A stretch of DNA of 64,000 bases from an uncultured Acidobacteriota bacterium (lineage in GTDB: Bacteria > Acidobacteriota > Vicinamibacteria > Vicinamibacterales > CAVVIG01), in contig CAWCFI010000013.1 in assembly GCA_963794705.1 (NCBI GenBank), forward strand, positions 14,523 to 78,522. Direction: 5' to 3'. The notes beneath the pieces are model-generated. The model saw nothing but the letters and a program-made list of their open reading frames with translations. It was not told the origin of the DNA and searched no databases. Made by a program: the position numbers and the translations under genes. Shown one piece after another: positions 59,493 through 64,000 of the stretch; within the stretch, counting starts at the first letter, position 1; the number at the start of each line of letters is the position of its first letter.

Positions 59493-60390
59493 CTAGCGGA
59501 GGTTCTTGTTGAAGAACGCCATGTAGCGCTCGGTCGCGAGCTTGGCCGCCGTCTCGTCGTAGCGCGGCGTGGTGTCGTTGTGGAAACCGTGCTGGGCGCC
59601 GTCGTAGATGAAGACCTCGTAGCTTCTTGCCGTTCGCCTTCATCGCCGCCTCGAACGGCGCGATACCGGTGCCGACGCCTGTGTCGATCTTCGGATCGGC
59701 GTAGTGCGCCTGGATCGGCGCCATGATCTTCGGCACGTCGTCCGCGCCAGGCTGGCGGCCGTAGAACGGCGCGCCCGCGCCGAGGTCCTTGCCGAGCCGC
59801 ACCGCCAGCTGGTTGACGATGCCGCCGCCGAAGCAGAAGCCGATCGCGCCGATCTTGCCGGTGCACTCCGGGTTGGTGCGCAGCCAGTTGGCCGATGCGA
59901 CGAAGTCCTCCATCATCTTCGGCCCGTTGACCTCGCGGAACTTGACCGCGCCCTGCTCGTCGTTGCCCGGGAAGCCGCCGACCGAGGTCAGGCCGTCCGG
60001 CGCGTAGGCGATGAAGTTGGCGGCCGCGAACCGGCGCGCGACGTCTTCGACATAGGGGTTGAGGCCGCGGTTCTCGTGGATCACGATGATCCCGGGCAGC
60101 TTGCCGCTCATCTTCGCCGGCTTGGCGAACAGGCCCTTGATGGTGCCGTTGCCCTGCGGCGACTGCACCGTCACGACCTCGGTCTTGATCCGGGCATCGT
60201 CTTTCGGCACCTGCTGGGCCCAGGCGTAGTTGGGCTTCATTTCGGAGAGAATCGTGGCGGCGGTGAGGCCGCCGACGGCGAACTTGCCGACGCGCTCGAG
60301 GAAGGTCCGGCGGTCGATATCGCCGTGCTGGTACTCGTGAAAGAGGTCGAGCAGCTCCTGCGGGTAGTCAGACGCCTTCTTTCGTTCCAT
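59493..60390 (-). pseudogene. dienelactone hydrolase family protein with Tat-like signal, one frameshift
   Basis: DIDRRTFLERVGKFAVGGLTAA; GAIGFCFGGG; C-terminus [16 protein letters not shown] restored by deleting one base at about 59620. Confidence 0.8.
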
Positions 60391-60452
60391 TGCGAACGCT
60401 CCTTGATATTGGCCGTGGCGGATTGTACGATTCGGCACCGAAAGGGACAAAT

Positions 60453-61617
60453 ATGAAAATAGAGACCACACGACGGACAATCCTGAAGGGCAGCCTCGCG
60501 ATGGCGGGGCTCGGCGTCATCGGCCTGCCCGAATGGGCGATGCCGGTCGCTCGCGGCCGATGAATCGCTGGTCCAGTTCACCGACATCCCCGAGAACGTC
60601 CGCTGGGATACGCCGCCCGACCGCCGCATGCTCGACGTCCGGACCATCGACGGCCCGTTCTCGCCGACCGACAAGTTCGCCACGACCCAGCACTACGGGC
60701 ATCCGGACGTCGACATGGCGACCTACAAGCTGAAGTTCAGCGGGATGGTGAACAACCCGAAGGCGATGTCGATCGACGACCTGAAGAAGCTCGGCAGCCG
60801 CGAGCTGGTCGCCGGCTTCGAGTGCTCCGGCAACCGCGGCCCGCTGCAGGGCCTGTCCGGCAACGGCAAGTGGACCGGCGTGCCGCTCAAGACCGTGATT
60901 GCCGCCGCGGGGCTCAAGCCCGAGGCGCGCGACATCGTGTTCTTCGGCGCCGATCACGGCGAAGAAGAAGTCGAGTGGCGCACGCAGAAATACAAGATCG
61001 ACTATCACTTCGGCCGCAGCCTGGCGCGCGAGAAGGCGACCAGCGACGAGCCGTTCGTGGCGTGGGCGCTCAACGGCCAGCCGCTGACCAAGCATCAGGG
61101 CGCGCCGCTGCGGCTGCTGGTGCCGGGCTGGTACGGCGTGGCGAACGTGAAATGGCTGCAGGAGATTCACGCGCAGGCCGACCACTACGTCGGCAAGTAC
61201 CAGGCGCGCTGGTACCGGACGGTGCGGACCGAGATGGTGGACGGCGAGCTGAAGGTCAGCGAGACCGAGGTCTCGCACATGAACCTGAAGTCGTTCGTCG
61301 CGCGCGTCACCAAGGAGGGCAGCGCGCACAAGGTGCTGGCGGTGGTGCTCAACGACGGCACGCCGATCAAGTCGGTCGAGATCAAGGTGGACGAGGGTCC
61401 GTGGCAGATGGCCACCGCGGATCCGTCCACCAAGGACAAGTTCGGCTGGAAGTTCTACACCTACAACTGGAACGGCGCGACGCCCGGCGATCACACCATC
61501 GTCTCGCGCGCGACCGACGTCACCGGGGCGGTGCAGCCGACCGAGAAGGATCTCGAGAGCAAGCGCTCGTTCCTCGAGCAGAACTCGCAGGCGCCGCGCA
61601 AGCTGAAGATCGCCTAG
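60453..61617 (+). pseudogene. sulfite-oxidase-family molybdopterin oxidoreductase with Tat signal, one frameshift
   Basis: MKIETTRRTILKGSLAMAGLGV, then after a shift near 60545 FECSGNRG (Mo-Cys) and GAPLRLLVPGWYGVANVKWL. Confidence 0.8.
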
Positions 61618-61621
61618 CCGG

Positions 61622-62669
61622 ATGATCGATCCGCAGCGCATCCGCGATGCGCAATCGCTGCTCGCGCGCCATTTCGGGCCCACCCCGATCGCGCGGGCAG
61701 CGTCGCTCTCCTCTCCCGGCCAGCGACGTCTTCCTCAAAATTGAAACCGGGTTGCCGACCGGATCGTTCAAGGTCCGCGGCGCGATCTATGCGTTGTCGG
61801 TGGAGCTCGCGCGGGACGCGACTGGCCTCGCCGAAGCGCAACGCGTGAAGGCGGAGGTCGTCTGCGCCAGCACCGGCAATCACGGCGCGGCGGTCGCCTA
61901 CGCGGCGCGGCAGCTCGGGCGTACGGGCGACGATCTTCCTGCCAGCCGATCCCAATCCGGTGAAGGCCGCGCGCATCCTCGAGCTCGGCGCGCGGCTCGT
62001 CAAGGCGGGCGCCGACCTCAGCGCCGCGATCGACGCGGCGCGGGACTACGCCGAGCGCGCGGCGGCGTTCTTCCTGCACGACGCCAGCGATCCTGACGTC
62101 CCGGTCGGCACTGCGACGATCGGCGCCGAGATCGTCGCGCAGCTGCCGGAGGTCGACGTGATCTACGTGCCGATGGGCGACACCGCGCTGATCCGCGGCG
62201 TCGCGTCGGCCGCGAAGCAGGCGCGGCCGTCGATCCGGATCGTCGGGGTCGTCGCCGAACAGGCGCCGGCGTATCTGCTGTCGTGGCAGAGGGACGCTCG
62301 ATCGGATCAGATGCAGTGCAGGCCTTCAGGCCTGCCGACGCGGCGGAGCTGAAGGTCCGCACTACACTGGAACACGTCGTCGAGACGGATACCTGCGACA
62401 CGATCGCGGACGGCCTCGCGATCCGGCGGCCGCTGGCGCCGAATGTCGCGGCGATCCGCGAGCTGGTCGACGAGGTGGTGGCGGTCAGCGAACAGGAGAT
62501 GATCGCGGCGATCGGGCTGCTCTACAACCGCGAGCAGCTGGTCGCCGAGCCCGCCGGCGCCGCGGCGACGGCGGCGCTCCTGAAGCATCCGCCTGCCGGC
62601 CGCACCAGCGTGGTCCTCGTCACCGGCGGCAACATCGCGCCAGACCTGCGACACCAGATGCGGATGTAG
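61622..62669 (+). pseudogene. threonine/serine dehydratase-like PLP enzyme, at least 3 frameshifts plus a REP doublet in the ORF
   Basis: GSFKVRGA PLP lysine, STGNHG, DTIADGLAIRRP; frames 2>0>1>0. Confidence 0.75.
62313..62365. repeat. REP doublet (tail-to-tail) inside the dehydratase reading frame
   Basis: gcagtgcaggccttcaggcctgc ... ggagctgaaggtccgcactac, translated as AVQAFRPADAAELKVRTT. Confidence 0.8.
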
Positions 62670-62683
62670 TGGCTGACTTTGAA

Positions 62684-62744
62684 CAGGAGATCAGGAGGTC
62701 AGGAGATTCAGTTTTTATAGATCTCCCGATCTCCTGGCCTTCTG
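62684..62744. terminator. hairpin of 8-nt sub-repeats between convergent genes
   Basis: caggagatcaggaggtcaggagat tcagtttttatag atctcccgatctcctggccttctg. Confidence 0.5.
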
Positions 62745-62771
62745 CAGCGTCGCTTCGGCTCCGCCAGCTTC

Positions 62772-64000
62772 TCAGAACGTAAACTGCGCGCCGAACTTCA
62801 CGTAACGGGCCTGCAGGATGTTCAGCGGCTTCAGCCAGGCCGATCCGTAGGTGGTGTTGATCGCCGCCGGCGGCTCGCCGGCGTTCGAGGTCGCGCCCAC
62901 CGCGGCGTTGGAGTTGAACGCGTTGAAGATGTCGGCCATCACCTGCAGCCGCTGCGAACCCGATGACAGCCTGAAGCTCTTCGAGACCCGCAGATCCACT
63001 TGCGTCCGGCGCGGCGTGTACATCGTCCCCGGCTTGATGAGCGGCACCACGCGTGAGGTGTTGACGCCGCCCGACAGCGCGCGGCCGAGGCCGGTCGGAT
63101 CGGCCTGGGTGATGTTCCACTGCGCGGTGATCTGCTGGCCGGGCAGGTTCTGCAGCACGCCGCCAATCTGGATCTCCTGCCAGGGCAGCGTATAGGAGCC
63201 GGTGATCTTCAACTGCGTGAGCCAGCTGGTGTCGAAGTCGCAGTACGAGAAGACCGACCCGGTGCCCGGGACCGGCGCGGTGCCCGCGACCGCCGCCGCC
63301 GCCGACAGGCCGAACCCGGTCTTGGGATTGTCCACGAACGCATCGCAGACGTTGAAGTGCGTGTTGCCGGTCGCGAAGCCGCCGGTGACGAACAGGTCCG
63401 ACCGGACCCGCGCGTTCATCGCGAAGTCGATGCCGTTGAACACCTCGGTCTGCTTCCCGTAGTTGTCGACGAAAGTGACCAGGTTGTTGCTGGCCAGCCC
63501 GAACTTGGTCGGCACAATGTCGTAGAGGCCGCAGATCTGATAGCCGCCGCCGTTGGGCAGGCGGGAATCGGTCGGCGCCGTGACGCAGTAGGAATTGAAG
63601 TCCGACGGCGCGACGTCGAGGTTGTCGGTGGTCGTGAAGTGCCCCTGCGCGCGGCGGAAATACGACAGCTCGGTCGAGACGCGGGGCATCAGCTCGTGGC
63701 TGATCGTGGCCGAGACCTCCCAGTTGTTGCGGCGATGATCGAAGCCGGTGATGGTCTCGGGATCGTAGTGGGTGGCGATGTTGACCTGGCCGAAGCTGGT
63801 GTTGCTCAGCGGCCCGAGCTCGGACACCTGGGGAATGCCGTCGTCGATTGGCGTCCGCCGTCCAGGACCGGGTGGCGGTATTGACCGACGTGGCGAGCGG
63901 ATTGAGCAGGCGCGCCGTGCTCACGGTGGACGTCTGCACGTAGCGGCTGAGCGTCGCCTTGAGCGCGGTCTTGCCGTTGCCGAACAGGTCGTAGGCGACG
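62772..64000 (-). pseudogene. TonB-dependent receptor, C-terminal part (continues beyond the window), one frameshift
   Basis: beta-barrel tail ending YVKFGAQFTF; upstream part (VAYDLFGNGKTALKATLSRYVQ) joins after deleting one base near 63850. Confidence 0.75.

Overview
GC-rich chromosomal segment with about 57 densely packed protein-coding loci on both strands. It is most likely from a soil Acidobacteriota-type bacterium. That placement is an inference from the PadR plus ADOP-type duplicated permease genes, a DUF1592/DUF1552 pair, a TonB-receptor tail ending in F, and many Tat/Sec-exported enzymes. I found no rRNA, tRNA, CRISPR array, transposase, integrase or phage gene. Content is mostly housekeeping and exported catabolic functions: aldo/keto reductase, S8 and M28 peptidases, a TldD/PmbA pair, GGT, prfC, an ATP-dependent DNA ligase, Tag, a hybrid PAS histidine kinase, a TPR Ser/Thr kinase, ABC and ADOP transporters, and VOC, MBL and DinB proteins. 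Three things stand out. (1) The non-coding repeat architecture is unusually rich. It includes heptanucleotide tandem arrays that fill intergenic spacers up to the start or stop codons, a GTAG-headed REP-like hairpin family in two clusters plus scattered copies (some inside ORFs), hairpins built from 8-10 nt sub-repeats, and two 26-bp-arm inverted repeats. (2) About fifty single-base frameshifts are confined to 17 genes in discrete blocks, while neighbouring multi-kb genes are intact. Most junctions I reconstructed by hand are +1 insertions, so I call these loci pseudogene/frameshifted but suspect consensus error rather than biology. (3) Several co-directional clusters encode only exported proteins of unknown role: crotonase-NHL-unknown; MBL-DUF1592-DUF1552-ankyrin-VOC; and VOC-M28-small protein-haem c protein-GGT. 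I see no clear-cut defence or mobile system. The repeat architecture and the exported DUF1592/DUF1552 cluster with its operator-like palindrome are the best candidates for something undescribed. All calls rest on motif recognition by eye; no database search was run.
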